A program made the translations under genes and the position numbers. Positions 19,297 through 28,941 of a DNA stretch of 64,000 nucleotides are shown piece after piece. The stretch comes from Planctomycetota bacterium (GTDB lineage Bacteria; Planctomycetota; SZUA-567; H5-PLA8): positions 32,001-96,000 of the forward strand of contig JBBRPR010000027.1 in the NCBI GenBank assembly GCA_038227875.1, in the 5' to 3' direction. Every line of letters begins with the position of its first letter. The first letter of the stretch is position 1. Under the pieces are notes generated by a model that had not been told where the DNA came from, did not search any database, and saw only the letters and a list, made by a program, of their open reading frames with translations.

Positions 19297-19890
19297 TCAG
19301 AAGCCATTGTTCTTCAACGTGTTCGACAAATTGCCGTTGTTGTATTGGTTGATGGCGTCTTTGTAGCGCGAGTTGCGGTACTGCTGATCGCGCTGCTTGC
19401 GCTGCTGCTCGTCCTGCTTGGCCTGTTGGGCTTCCAGTTGAAGCTCCTGCGCGAGCTCGGCTTCCAGCTTTTTCTTCAGCGCAATGGCTTCTTCTTCGGC
19501 CTTCTTCTTGGCGGCGGCTTTTTCTTCGTCGCGCTTTTTCTTGGCGTCGGCGATCTTCTTTTCGTCCGCGGCTTTCTCTTCGGGCTTGACCCACTTCCCC
19601 TTGTATTGAACCTTGCCGGCGGCGATGGCCTTTTCGGTCTCTTCCTTGAGCTTCTGCGCGCGGGCCTCGCGCTCGGCGATTCTCTCGGGCGTATCGGTCT
19701 CGATGCGCAGTACCTTTTCCATCGGGACGCGCATCGTTCCAAATTCGACCTGCAGTTCGATGTACTCTGCGTTCGATTTAACGATCGTGCCGTCGATGGT
19801 CTCGAGTGTTTTCATCACGACCGTGTCGGCGCGGGCGCTGAGGCCTAATAAGGTGGTGACGAGCACGAGGGCGAGTTTTGAAATTTTCAT
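19297..19890 (-). CDS. Secreted protein with a small beta domain and a charged coiled coil
   Basis: Signal peptide ending ARA-D; DTVVMKTLETIDGTIV domain; K/E/A-rich helix. Confidence 0.7.
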   Translation of the reverse strand: MKISKLALVLVTTLLGLSARADTVVMKTLETIDGTIVKSNAEYIELQVEFGTMRVPMEKVLRIETDTPERIAEREARAQKLKEETEKAIAAGKVQYKGKWVKPEEKAADEKKIADAKKKRDEEKAAAKKKAEEEAIALKKKLEAELAQELQLEAQQAKQDEQQRKQRDQQYRNSRYKDAINQYNNGNLSNTLKNNGF

Positions 19891-20087
19891 CGTCTATTCC
19901 TGAGACGTTCACGCGGCTTCGAGATCCCGTCGCACTCCTCCAACTAACTATGCAGCCTAGTCTTAGGTCACCTAAAAAGCAAGAGGCAGGGCGCGCGGGG
20001 AGCTTAGAAAAAAATATTCAAGAAGTCTATAATAAGTGTGCCACATATTAGTTTTATGGGTGGGACCTCTGAAGAAAGGCAACCACC

Positions 20088-20318
20088 ATGAACGAGATTA
20101 AGAGCAAGGCTGGCCGCAAACCGTTGGGTGATCGTCCGATGGACGCGGTGATGCATGTACGCATTACGCGCGATGAGCATTCGGCGCTGAAGGCGTTGGC
20201 GGCGCAGAAGGGTGTATCGATTGGCAGCCTGTTGCGCACCGCCGTCACCGGCATGGTGGGCAAACCGGGCTCGATGGCTGCGGTTGCGGCTCCGGCAGTC
20301 CTGGAAAAGACCGTGTAG
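20088..20318 (+). CDS. Small ribbon-helix-helix (CopG-like) DNA-binding protein
   Basis: GRKP...VMHVRITRDEHSALKALAAQKGVSIGSLLR. TATAAT at 20028 upstream. Confidence 0.7.
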   Translation: MNEIKSKAGRKPLGDRPMDAVMHVRITRDEHSALKALAAQKGVSIGSLLRTAVTGMVGKPGSMAAVAAPAVLEKTV

Positions 20319-20368
20319 TTCACCCTGTTGCGTTTCGATTCGTTTAAAATTTCGCAGTGGTAAAGTTT

Positions 20369-20396
20369 ACCCCGGTTTCAAATTTGAAGCCGGGGT
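20369..20396. repeat. Near-perfect palindrome (terminator or REP-like)
   Basis: ACCCCGGTTTCAA-at-TTGAAGCCGGGGT. Confidence 0.55.
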
Positions 20397-20616
20397 CGCA
20401 CACTCAAAATTCCACGAAAAAATTTCAATCGCAACTTCGAACAGCGATGTTCTGATGCGTCACGCGCAAACCCAACCCGCAGGCCCGCTTCCTTGAAAGG
20501 AGGCGGGAAAGTGGATCGGCGTGCGCTGTCGATTGATCCTGCTTTTGGCGCGCGTTCAAAAAATTGAGCTGCGCGGTTTTCAAATTTCGGTGTTTCCATA
20601 ACTGGAGGACACCGGA

Positions 20617-22371
20617 ATGAAAAACTGGCGCGTTCGAATTTTACCAGCGGTACTTTTCCTTGGTTCGGGTCTCGCCGCATGCGCGGAAAATGCGCCGCGC
20701 GTGATCGGCGATTTCGAATCGGCCGACGCGATCGCACTGATTGCAAAGAATGCCGAAGCGGCGAAAGCGGAACTTGCCACGAACAAAGGTGTGACCCACG
20801 GCAAGGGCGCACTGAAAGTGGCGTTTCAAAAAGGCGCGCAGTGGGCCTCGCTGGTATTCGACGGCGACGCGGTGAAGGGCTGGGATGCGGCGGAAGCCGT
20901 GAGCGTCGATGTCTTCAGCGACGATGAGAAATCGGTCGAACTGGTCTTCGAACTGTTTGATGCGCGGAGCACGAACCACGGTACGCGCTGCACTTTTCCA
21001 GGAATGGCCATCGAAAAGGGCCAGCGCACACTCACGTGGAGTCTGCTGAAAGCGCGCCGCAACGAGAAGGAAAACGCCGACTGGGAATCGCTCTCCGACG
21101 CAGACAAGATCGAGCTCAAAGCGCTGACGCGCATCAAGTTTTTCACGACTCCGCCGGCCGACCACGATGCGGTTGTGTACTTCGACAACCTGCGCCTGAT
21201 CCCCAAGAGCGCCGCGCGGCTGGAGGCTGAACAGAAAGAAGTCGCCGCCGCGAAGAGCGAAAAAGTCATCTACTTCAATGATTTTGAGAACGGCAAAGGC
21301 TTGCGCGGCGAAGGCGTTCCCTTTAAAGGCAGCTGGGGTCCGCTCGACGAGAATGGCCAGGCGGAAATCGTTGCGCCCTTGGGAAAGGGCAATGATTCGC
21401 AGAAAGTGCTCTCCGTGAAAGCCGTGAAAAAAGCGCCGTCGATCTGCATGGAACTGCCCATGCATCACACGGTCTGCGAACCGGAGCATTGGGACGCGAT
21501 TGTTTCGATGCGGCTATTCAACGAGAGCTTTGACTCGTTTGAGATGACGTACTCGCCGATCATCCCGAGCGATACGACGTTTCATCGCGTCGCGTTCAAA
21601 GCGCCGAAAGGCGAATGGACCACCATTGAAATGCCGCTGGATAAATTTCTCTTCCAGGGCCGGCGTCCGCGGCGCGGGTGTCCGCTGGAGTACCTCTGCT
21701 TCATTGGCATCGGTCCGGAACACGAAGGCAGCAGCTTCCAGCTCGATGATTTCAAAATCCGCCGCGTGATGCGCACGGGCCAGCCGGAACCGAAACCCAA
21801 AGCGGCGCTGAGCGCCGGGATGATTTATCGGCAGGACTACAATGACCCGCAGGATTTCGACATCGAAGGCTACTACCCGTTCACGAAAAACTGCAACGTC
21901 TTCCGGATTCCTGGCGGTCTTGACGGAGCAGGAAGAGCAGTCGCGCCGACGAAGGAAGACGAAGCCGCGTTTCCGTTCGGTTGTTTGACCGTCGAATGTT
22001 ACGAGCCGGGACAGAATTTTCTCGGCGGGCGGAGCCTGGATTTTCCGGCCGAGGGCAACGTAATCGAATTCGATTGCCTGATGGAAGGCGCCGTCGATCT
22101 GGCCGTGGTCACGCGCGGTCCCAAGGGAAAATGGCGCAACTATCCCAAGCCGTTCCCGGCCGGAACATGGACGCATGTCGTGGTGGCCGCCGACGAATTC
22201 ACATTCTTCGGCCAGCCGATCAAGGATCCCGCGCAGACCAAGCCCAGCAAGGCCGAGCGCTTTACCGCGCTGTTGTTCAGTGCGACGGCGGACAAATCGG
22301 GAACGAGTCATGTGCTGATCGACAATCTCGTCGTCCGCAAAGCCGACGCGCCGAACGAGAAGGGAAAGTAG
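20617..22371 (+). CDS. Secreted protein with three tandem CBM-like (galactose-binding fold) domains
   Basis: Signal peptide; three units beginning DFE/DFE/DYN and ending YFDNLRL, LDDFKI and LIDNLVV. GGAGG RBS. Confidence 0.65.
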   Translation: MKNWRVRILPAVLFLGSGLAACAENAPRVIGDFESADAIALIAKNAEAAKAELATNKGVTHGKGALKVAFQKGAQWASLVFDGDAVKGWDAAEAVSVDVFSDDEKSVELVFELFDARSTNHGTRCTFPGMAIEKGQRTLTWSLLKARRNEKENADWESLSDADKIELKALTRIKFFTTPPADHDAVVYFDNLRLIPKSAARLEAEQKEVAAAKSEKVIYFNDFENGKGLRGEGVPFKGSWGPLDENGQAEIVAPLGKGNDSQKVLSVKAVKKAPSICMELPMHHTVCEPEHWDAIVSMRLFNESFDSFEMTYSPIIPSDTTFHRVAFKAPKGEWTTIEMPLDKFLFQGRRPRRGCPLEYLCFIGIGPEHEGSSFQLDDFKIRRVMRTGQPEPKPKAALSAGMIYRQDYNDPQDFDIEGYYPFTKNCNVFRIPGGLDGAGRAVAPTKEDEAAFPFGCLTVECYEPGQNFLGGRSLDFPAEGNVIEFDCLMEGAVDLAVVTRGPKGKWRNYPKPFPAGTWTHVVVAADEFTFFGQPIKDPAQTKPSKAERFTALLFSATADKSGTSHVLIDNLVVRKADAPNEKGK

Positions 22372-22404
22372 CCAGCGGCGGGAAGTCCGTTAGGATGCGG
22401 CAGT

Positions 22405-23046
22405 ATGAGCATGCCCAAACTTCCCCAGCGCGGTTTTGAACGCGAAGATGAATCGCCGGATGCGCTGTTTTATCTGCAGCCGCGCCTGGTCACGCACATC
22501 GACGACGGCGCGATCGCGGCGGTCACGCAGCTCTATCGTGAATTTCTGCCCGCTGGCGGCACGATTCTCGATGCGATGACCAGTTGGATCAGCCACCTTC
22601 CGCCGGAAGTGCAATATGCGCACGTCGCCGGCCTCGGCATGAACCACGCGGAACTCGCCGCCAATCCACGCCTCAATCGTTTCGTCGTTCACGACCTGAA
22701 CCGCAATCCGGTGCTGCCCTTTTCAGATGCGGAGTTCGATGCGGCGGCGATCTGCGTTTCGATCGATTACCTCACCGATCCCGTCGCTGTGTTGCGCGAT
22801 CTCGGCCGGGTCGTGCGCGCGGGCGGGCCGCTGGTGATCACGTTCTCCAACCGCTGCTTTCCGACCAAGGTGATTCGCGCGTGGCTGCGCACCGACGACG
22901 CCGGCCGCATCGAGCTGGTGAAAGCGATGCTGCGCGGCGCGGGGAATTGGGATCGGATCGAAAGTGTCGACCGCAGCCCCGCTCCGGGGCGCAGCGATCC
23001 CTTGTATGGGGTAATTGCGCGAAATATGGGTACCGTCGTGTCTTGA
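22405..23046 (+). CDS. Class I SAM-dependent methyltransferase (type 11)
   Basis: FY..PRLVTHID, LDAMTSWISHLP, GLGMN..EL..N and FSNRCFPTK motifs. Confidence 0.88.
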   Translation: MSMPKLPQRGFEREDESPDALFYLQPRLVTHIDDGAIAAVTQLYREFLPAGGTILDAMTSWISHLPPEVQYAHVAGLGMNHAELAANPRLNRFVVHDLNRNPVLPFSDAEFDAAAICVSIDYLTDPVAVLRDLGRVVRAGGPLVITFSNRCFPTKVIRAWLRTDDAGRIELVKAMLRGAGNWDRIESVDRSPAPGRSDPLYGVIARNMGTVVS

Positions 23047-23071
23047 TCGCGCAGCTTCATGCACGGATTTT

Positions 23072-23088
23072 CAGGCGGGACGCCTGCA
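23072..23088 (-). repeat. REP-like palindrome copy
   Basis: CAGGCGGGACGCCTGCA, same core as the copies at 49892 and 63570. Confidence 0.55.
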
Positions 23089-23204
23089 AAAGTTTGCCGG
23101 ACAGACACAGCCCGCCGTTGCTTGATTCTAATTCGCGTTCCTGCTCTAATACGAACAGCAAGTTAACCACAGTGCCGCAACCGATTTCCATACTGGAGTG
23201 ATTC

Positions 23205-23954
23205 ATGGCCGGACATTCACACTCAGCCAACATCGCCGTTCGCAAAGGCAAGCAGGACGCCTTGCGCGCACGCATGTTTGCCAAGCTTTCGAAGAACATC
23301 ATGGTCGCGGCGCGCAAGGGTCCGGATCCGGATTCCAATTTCGGGCTGCGTCACGCGATCGAACTGGCGCGCGCGCAGTCGATGCCCAAGGACAAGATCG
23401 ACCATGCCGTGAAAAAAGGTGCGGGCCTGATCGAAGGCCAGAAGTTGTCGGAAGTCACGTACGAAGGCTTCTACGGCAATGTGGCGATCATCGTCGAAAC
23501 GCTCAGCGACAACCTCAACCGCACGCGCCCCGAAATCGCCAAGATGTTTGAGCAGGGCGGCGGCCGCATTGGTGCAGCGGGCGCGGTGATGTGGATGTTC
23601 AAGCGGGCCGGATTGATTGCCGTCAAGACGGACAAGATCGCCGAAGAAAAGCTGATGGACATCGTGGTTGAAGCCGGCGCGGACGACTTAAGCACCGCCG
23701 GCGATGTTTACGAGATTCTCACCAGCGTGGAAAAGTTCGAATCCGTACGCAAGGCGCTGGCGGCGAAGAATATTCCGACCGAACTGGCCGAGCTGAAATT
23801 CCTGGCGGAAAACGAGACTGAAGTCGACGTCAAAACCGCGCGCAAAGCGCTGGAACTGATCGACGACCTCGATGGCCACGACGACGTCAACAACGTCCAC
23901 CATTCCATGAAGCTGACCAGCGAACTGATCGCAGCTTTGAAAGCTGAAGCATGA
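23205..23954 (+). CDS. yebC: YebC/PmpR family protein
   Basis: MAGHSHSANI, GPDPDSN, YEG, SDNLNRT and DDVNNV motifs. Confidence 0.95.
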   Translation: MAGHSHSANIAVRKGKQDALRARMFAKLSKNIMVAARKGPDPDSNFGLRHAIELARAQSMPKDKIDHAVKKGAGLIEGQKLSEVTYEGFYGNVAIIVETLSDNLNRTRPEIAKMFEQGGGRIGAAGAVMWMFKRAGLIAVKTDKIAEEKLMDIVVEAGADDLSTAGDVYEILTSVEKFESVRKALAAKNIPTELAELKFLAENETEVDVKTARKALELIDDLDGHDDVNNVHHSMKLTSELIAALKAEA

Positions 23955-23986
23955 TGTGAATGCAGCATACCTGTCGAGTGGAATGG

Positions 23987-24013
23987 AGCCGGAAGCATTG
24001 CTTCCGGCTTTTT
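23987..24013 (+). terminator. Probable terminator or REP-like hairpin after yebC
   Basis: AGCCGGAAGCA-t-TGCTTCCGGCT followed by TTTT. Confidence 0.6.
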
Positions 24014-24090
24014 AATTCCGGCCGTGCACGAATTACGCCGATAAATAGATCGTCACCGGACTACCGCGCACCACTTTCTGAGCATTGCCA

Positions 24091-24744
24091 ATGGCGTTGG
24101 ACGGAATCTCGATCGATGAATTTCTGGCCATGACATCCAGCAAGGGCGGGAAGCGGAGTAAGCGCTCTGGTGCGGCGGCGTTGCTGCCGTCGACATCGCT
24201 GCTCCCGCCGTCGGCGTCGCACCATCGCCAGACGCTCGCGCCCTCGAAACTCGCGCCGCCGCTCAAGCCGCTCCGGCTGATGGGCATCGATCCCGGCACG
24301 CGGTTCGTGGGCTGGGGCGTTGTTGAGATGCAGCCGCGCGATCGCTCGCTGCGGCTGATCGACTGCGGGTGCATCGCGCCGTCGGTTAAACTGGAACTGC
24401 GCTTCCGCCTCCGCGCGATTTTCACGGACCTGGAACTGATTCTCGCTCAGACCAAACCCGATGCAGCGGCGCTCGAAGAAACGTTCGCCGGCGTGAACAT
24501 GAAATCCGCCATCGCCATGGGCGAAGGTCGCGGCGTAGCGCTGCTGTGCTTAACGCGCGCCAATCTGGACGTACTCGAACTGTCGCCACGCTCGATCAAG
24601 CAGGCTGTTACGGGCAGCGGCGCATCGGGAAAAGCTCACGTCGCGGCCATGGTTGCGGCGCATCTGAAACTTCACAAAGCGCCCGAACCCGAAGACGTCA
24701 CCGACGCGCTCGCCGCAGCCATCGCGCTGGCTCAACGACTGTAG
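24091..24744 (+). CDS. ruvC: Holliday junction resolvase RuvC (start uncertain; N-terminal extension)
   Basis: MGIDPG, ALEETF, IKQAVTGSG and EDVTDALA motifs; follows yebC as is common. Confidence 0.92.
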   Translation: MALDGISIDEFLAMTSSKGGKRSKRSGAAALLPSTSLLPPSASHHRQTLAPSKLAPPLKPLRLMGIDPGTRFVGWGVVEMQPRDRSLRLIDCGCIAPSVKLELRFRLRAIFTDLELILAQTKPDAAALEETFAGVNMKSAIAMGEGRGVALLCLTRANLDVLELSPRSIKQAVTGSGASGKAHVAAMVAAHLKLHKAPEPEDVTDALAAAIALAQRL

Positions 24745-24760
24745 ATTTGAGAGTTTTGAC

Positions 24761-24796
24761 TTCTAACCACATGGCCAATTGGCCATGTGGTTAGAA
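24761..24796. repeat. Perfect 36-bp palindrome
   Basis: TTCTAACCACATGGCCAA|TTGGCCATGTGGTTAGAA with no spacer. Confidence 0.9.
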
Positions 24797-24837
24797 TCAG
24801 ACAGTTTCGATCATGATCATTAGAAAACGACTTGGTT

Positions 24838-25131
24838 TTACGGCTCGAAGTCTGCCATCACGCGCCGCGCCGGGATGCCGTGGTGGAGCAGGAATTGAAT
24901 GTAGTCGTCGATCAGCCAGGAGTACGCGCGGTACGATTCAGTCGTCAGCTCCGACGTAAAATACGTGAGCGGAATCGTGAACGAATCCGTCTCGGAATGG
25001 AGCGCGACACCGAGTTCAAACGAACCGGTGTCGAGCCCGTCCTTGTACATCGAGACGATGATCTTCGGCGCGTCCTGACCAGCGATGTGTTCGCGGCACC
25101 ATTCCAGCGCATCGGTGTCGATTTCAACCAT
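24838..25131 (-). CDS. Small hypothetical protein
   Basis: 97-aa acidic ORF with host-like codon usage filling an intergenic gap. Confidence 0.55.
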   Translation of the reverse strand: MVEIDTDALEWCREHIAGQDAPKIIVSMYKDGLDTGSFELGVALHSETDSFTIPLTYFTSELTTESYRAYSWLIDDYIQFLLHHGIPARRVMADFEP

Positions 25132-25198
25132 GTCCGATAATGTAGGGAGCTTTTTTTCGCGCGCAAGACGTATTGATCATGGTGCAGCGCAAAACTTC

Positions 25199-26218
25199 TC
25201 AGGGCGCTTTTTCGTCGGGCTTGGCGCCCAGTTTCTTCACGAGATTGCTGGCTTCATCGAGCGTTTTTACCAGCGTGGCGGTCTGGTCGTGAAGCTGCGC
25301 CACTTCGGCGCGCAGTGACACCAATTGTTTTTCAGCATCCGCGAGCACTTCGGGAAGCGAGGCCGTCTTCGCTCTCGGAGCAAGCGCGGCCCCGGCCTCC
25401 TCGATCTGCGTTTCACCCACCAGTCCGGCGCGCTTTCGCATCATCTCGGGCGAGACGACCGAAATGGACGCAGGGGCGGGCGCTGCCTGTGGTTCAAGCG
25501 CTTTCATCAGCAGGCGGGCGCGGATCTGGATCTCCGGCTTGTCGTCGCGCGCGGCGATCTGGCTGAGGACTTCGATCGCCGGCGTTCCCAGCGCGAGCAG
25601 CGCTTTTTCTGAAGCGGCGCGCTTGTCGGCGTCATCGAGACTCAGGTCCTTGGCGAGTTTCTCCGCTTCTTTCGTCGCATCGTCCGGATCGTAGTGCATG
25701 CCGAGCACATACACATCGCCGGCTGCTTTCTGGTTGTAGACGAGCAGATCGATCGCGCGCACGTCGCCAGAGGATTCGACGTCCTGCGTGTAATTCCAGT
25801 CGCTCGACGCGGTCTTCCAGATCTTCGCGGAGACGTCGAACTCGAGTTTGTTCCAACCGGGCTTCACCGCGACGCGCTTGGCCTCGTGATAGATGTACGC
25901 AGGGGCCGTCGACAGGGCGAGACTGACGTCGATTGCCTTCTCAGAATATACCTGCAGCGTGAACTTTCCGTTCTTCGGCAGACCCATACCGGTGTTGTGG
26001 CGGAACGCAGCTTTTTCCTTGCCAGCGGGAACGAAGATCAGTTTCATCAGTTTGCATTTCTTGGCGTCAACATGATCCACAGCGCCGGGATTGCCCCAGC
26101 CTTCGACGAGCCACTCGCCACTTTCCGGGCCCGGCGCGGCGTCGGGAACATCCGGGATCTCGATGGCCAGAACCAGTGGAGTTAAAGAGACAAGGAGCAG
26201 CAGCAGGGCAGCGCGCAT
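25199..26218 (-). CDS. Secreted protein: CBM-like domain, HEAT-like hairpin and coiled coil
   Basis: Signal peptide, AAGGA RBS, LAKDLSLDDADKRAASEKALLALG motif. Confidence 0.7.
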   Translation of the reverse strand: MRAALLLLLVSLTPLVLAIEIPDVPDAAPGPESGEWLVEGWGNPGAVDHVDAKKCKLMKLIFVPAGKEKAAFRHNTGMGLPKNGKFTLQVYSEKAIDVSLALSTAPAYIYHEAKRVAVKPGWNKLEFDVSAKIWKTASSDWNYTQDVESSGDVRAIDLLVYNQKAAGDVYVLGMHYDPDDATKEAEKLAKDLSLDDADKRAASEKALLALGTPAIEVLSQIAARDDKPEIQIRARLLMKALEPQAAPAPASISVVSPEMMRKRAGLVGETQIEEAGAALAPRAKTASLPEVLADAEKQLVSLRAEVAQLHDQTATLVKTLDEASNLVKKLGAKPDEKAP

Positions 26219-26362
26219 GATCCATTCCTTTCGTTGTGGTGAGTTGACGAAGCAGGTCCTGCTCTACATTGAATGAGCGGGCGCCAACGTTTCACAAATC
26301 ATAAAAAAAACCGCGCAGGCCGCGCGGTGAACTTCAGGACCGGGACTCAAAGTCTCCGTCGG

Positions 26363-27481
26363 CTATTCGCTGGGCGGGGGCAGGGAGGCTTCCTTGATGC
26401 GTGCGCCGCAGGCGATGCGGACATTATAGCGACCCCGATCGCGGCCGTTAACGTTGCCGTTGTTCTGAAGGACTTCGTCACTGGCGTAAATGCGGAGGAA
26501 GAGGCGCTGGTTGCTATCGGGCTTCCACGTCTTTTCGTCGCCGATCAGAAACGGTTCGCCGTCCGGCCCGAATTTTCCAATCACCGCGCCGAAGGGGAAG
26601 GGCTGGTTGTCCTGGTTGGAAATGCCAGTCGGCGTGATCTGCGTGTTGAAAAGCGTCGCATTGCCGCTGCAGTTGACGGTCATCTGTTCCCCCACGATCG
26701 AATCGATGCCGGTGTCGGTCCAGTCGCGCACGGCGACAAGCGCATCGAGCTCCAGGGTTTCCAGATCGCCGTGGGCCACCCAGCGGACGCTGGCCAGATC
26801 GATGAGCTTGATTGAGAGGTCGCCGAGCTTGCTGCTGACTTTCAGCGCTTGTATGGCCAGCGTGCCGGCGGCCGTGAATTCGACCGTGCGGACGGTGTCG
26901 CGTGCATCCGCGTCCTCATCGGCCTGCTGGTAGATGCGCTTGAGCAGGTCGTCGAGACGCGGCTTGAGTTCCGGGGACGCGCCCGAGCGGAGCGTGAACA
27001 GCGGATCGAGACTGTTTTTGCCGGCATCGAGGAGCAAGCGGTCGGCTGCGGCACGCTTGACCAGATCCGCGCCTTTGAAATCGTCCAGCGTCACCGCGAG
27101 CTGCTTTTCGTCCAGCGGCGCGATGCCATCGCCGTGGGAGAGCTGCAGCAGCGATTCCATGGGAAATTTCAGCACGCCGAAGCTGGTCTTCAGGCTGATC
27201 GGTTCGTTGCTTTTCAATTCACCGCGCAGCGAGGAGCCATCCTTCAGACGGATTTCGACGGTCTGGGGATTCATGCGCTCTTTTTTGGAGGGTGCCGGAG
27301 CCGCGACTCCCGACTCCGCCGGATTTTTAGGCGAGGGCGGCTCGAGGTCAGGCATTTTCGGAAGGGTGGGCGCCGCTGCATTCTGGATCGGATCCAAATC
27401 CGCCGCGAAGAGCAACGAAGGCGCGAAGAGCAGCGTGGGGACGGCCGCCAGAGAGAGAGATAATCGGGTGATAGTATTCAT
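26363..27481 (-). CDS. Secreted protein: small beta modules, HEAT hairpin and LecA/PA-IL-like C-terminal domain
   Basis: Starts MNTITRLSL; contains IRLKDGSSLRGE and WTDTGI...GAVIGKFG..GEPFLIG...RLFLRI. Paralog of the next gene. Confidence 0.7.
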   Translation of the reverse strand: MNTITRLSLSLAAVPTLLFAPSLLFAADLDPIQNAAAPTLPKMPDLEPPSPKNPAESGVAAPAPSKKERMNPQTVEIRLKDGSSLRGELKSNEPISLKTSFGVLKFPMESLLQLSHGDGIAPLDEKQLAVTLDDFKGADLVKRAAADRLLLDAGKNSLDPLFTLRSGASPELKPRLDDLLKRIYQQADEDADARDTVRTVEFTAAGTLAIQALKVSSKLGDLSIKLIDLASVRWVAHGDLETLELDALVAVRDWTDTGIDSIVGEQMTVNCSGNATLFNTQITPTGISNQDNQPFPFGAVIGKFGPDGEPFLIGDEKTWKPDSNQRLFLRIYASDEVLQNNGNVNGRDRGRYNVRIACGARIKEASLPPPSE

Positions 27482-27527
27482 GAACGGATCCTCGCTAACT
27501 TTTCCGCCATTCGCACAGTGATGGGCC

Positions 27528-28562
27528 TTACCGTCTCGCTCGAAGGCGAGCCTGATGATTGGGAGTTCCTGTCGCGTCGCCGGAAGTCGCGGTTTCATCG
27601 GACCAGACGCCGGTGGCCACGCGAACCTTGAATTCACCCGTGGACTGGTTGGTATTGTTGTTGGCGGTGTTCTCGGCGCAGAAGATTTTGACGTACAGCC
27701 GCAGCTTGTTGGGCGTGGCCCACTGCTTCGTGGCGCCGATCAGGAAAGGCTTGCCAGTGTCGCCCAGCTTCCCAACCACCGCGCCGGTCAGAAACGGCCG
27801 GTTGCCCCAGTTGGTCGTGCCTTCTGGGCCGGTCTGGAGGTTGCCGAAGAGGTTCACGGTGCCAGTACAAGTCACGGAGATCTTTTCGCCGGGTGTGGAA
27901 TCGACGCCGGTATCGAACCAATCGTCCATGCCGGTGCTGGCGTCCAGCGTGAGGCTCTTGTCGGAACCATTGGCGAGAAAGCGGATCGAATCCAGGTCTT
28001 CGAGCTTCACTTTCACGTCGCCGATGTGGCTCTTGACTGTCACAGTCTCAAATTGCAATGTGCCGGTCGCCTCGAATTCATCGGACTTGATCGAATCGTC
28101 GAGGACCAGTTTGGGATTGTTGTCGCCGATGCGCTTGAGAATCGCATCGATGCGGCTGCGCGCTTCGGCGGAGACCTTGCCTTTGACGTCGCGCAGCACG
28201 GAAGCGGCGGCCGCACCGCGTTCTTCCAGCCGCTTCTGCGCCTGGCCGCGGACGTTGAACTCGTCACTGTCCAGATCCTTGATCAGGGCGAGGATGTCCG
28301 TTTCGTCCTGCTTGGCCAGACGGAATCCCGCGCGCACGCGGAGCACATGATTGAGGGGAAAGTTAAGCGTGCCGTAGGGCGTTTTTAGTGAGAGCGCATC
28401 GACGCCGGAAATTTCGCCCAGGAGCATCGAGCCATCGCGAAGATGAACTTCCACCTGGTTGGGCGCGAACTTTTCGTCTGGAGTATCGTGATCGGTGGCG
28501 CCGCCGGCGAAGGCTGGAACGCAGAACATAAAGGCGGAAATCAGCAGTGCCAATCGCTTCAT
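27528..28562 (-). CDS. Secreted paralog: small beta modules, HEAT hairpin and LecA/PA-IL-like domain
   Basis: GGAGG RBS, MKRLALL signal, HLRDGSMLLGE, DLDSDEFNVRGQAQKRL and WFDTGV...GAVVGKLG..GKPFLIG. Confidence 0.72.
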   Translation of the reverse strand: MKRLALLISAFMFCVPAFAGGATDHDTPDEKFAPNQVEVHLRDGSMLLGEISGVDALSLKTPYGTLNFPLNHVLRVRAGFRLAKQDETDILALIKDLDSDEFNVRGQAQKRLEERGAAAASVLRDVKGKVSAEARSRIDAILKRIGDNNPKLVLDDSIKSDEFEATGTLQFETVTVKSHIGDVKVKLEDLDSIRFLANGSDKSLTLDASTGMDDWFDTGVDSTPGEKISVTCTGTVNLFGNLQTGPEGTTNWGNRPFLTGAVVGKLGDTGKPFLIGATKQWATPNKLRLYVKIFCAENTANNNTNQSTGEFKVRVATGVWSDETATSGDATGTPNHQARLRARR

Positions 28563-28740
28563 ATCACATCCCTCCAATTTGTATCGGCGTGTCGTTTAAA
28601 ACCTCGCGACCTGTTTTGATGAATTCGAATTTAAACTTTTCTAAATTGGACTCCATGGGTTGACGAAAGTTACGATCGCTCCTTCAATTCGAAAATAGTT
28701 TCTTTGCTCGCATTTGATCTTCCTCGAACAATACACAATA

Positions 28741-28833
28741 AACAGCTCGTTCATAAGCCCCTCGGCAAACGCCTCTACAGCCAGGCGTTTCACGGAGAAC
28801 ATTGGCAGAATGAAACTTTCCCCCGAGCTGTTA
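28741..28833. mobile_element. MITE-like element, copy 1
   Basis: Terminal inverted repeat AACAGCTCG...CGAGCTGTT; internal AAACGCCTcTACaGCCAGGCGTTTCACGG shared with 47191-47219. Confidence 0.55.
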
Positions 28834-28941
28834 GATAAGCACCACAGTCACGTGGTTACACAAGTTCAACGAGAACTGACACGAATAATTACGCACTTTT
28901 TGACAATTGCTTTGAGCATAAGTTCGTTGTCCAATAATCAC

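Noticed and set aside
28714..28941. N-terminal extension of fmt
   Set aside because: AT-rich intergenic DNA containing a MITE; the canonical start is MRIIF at 28942.
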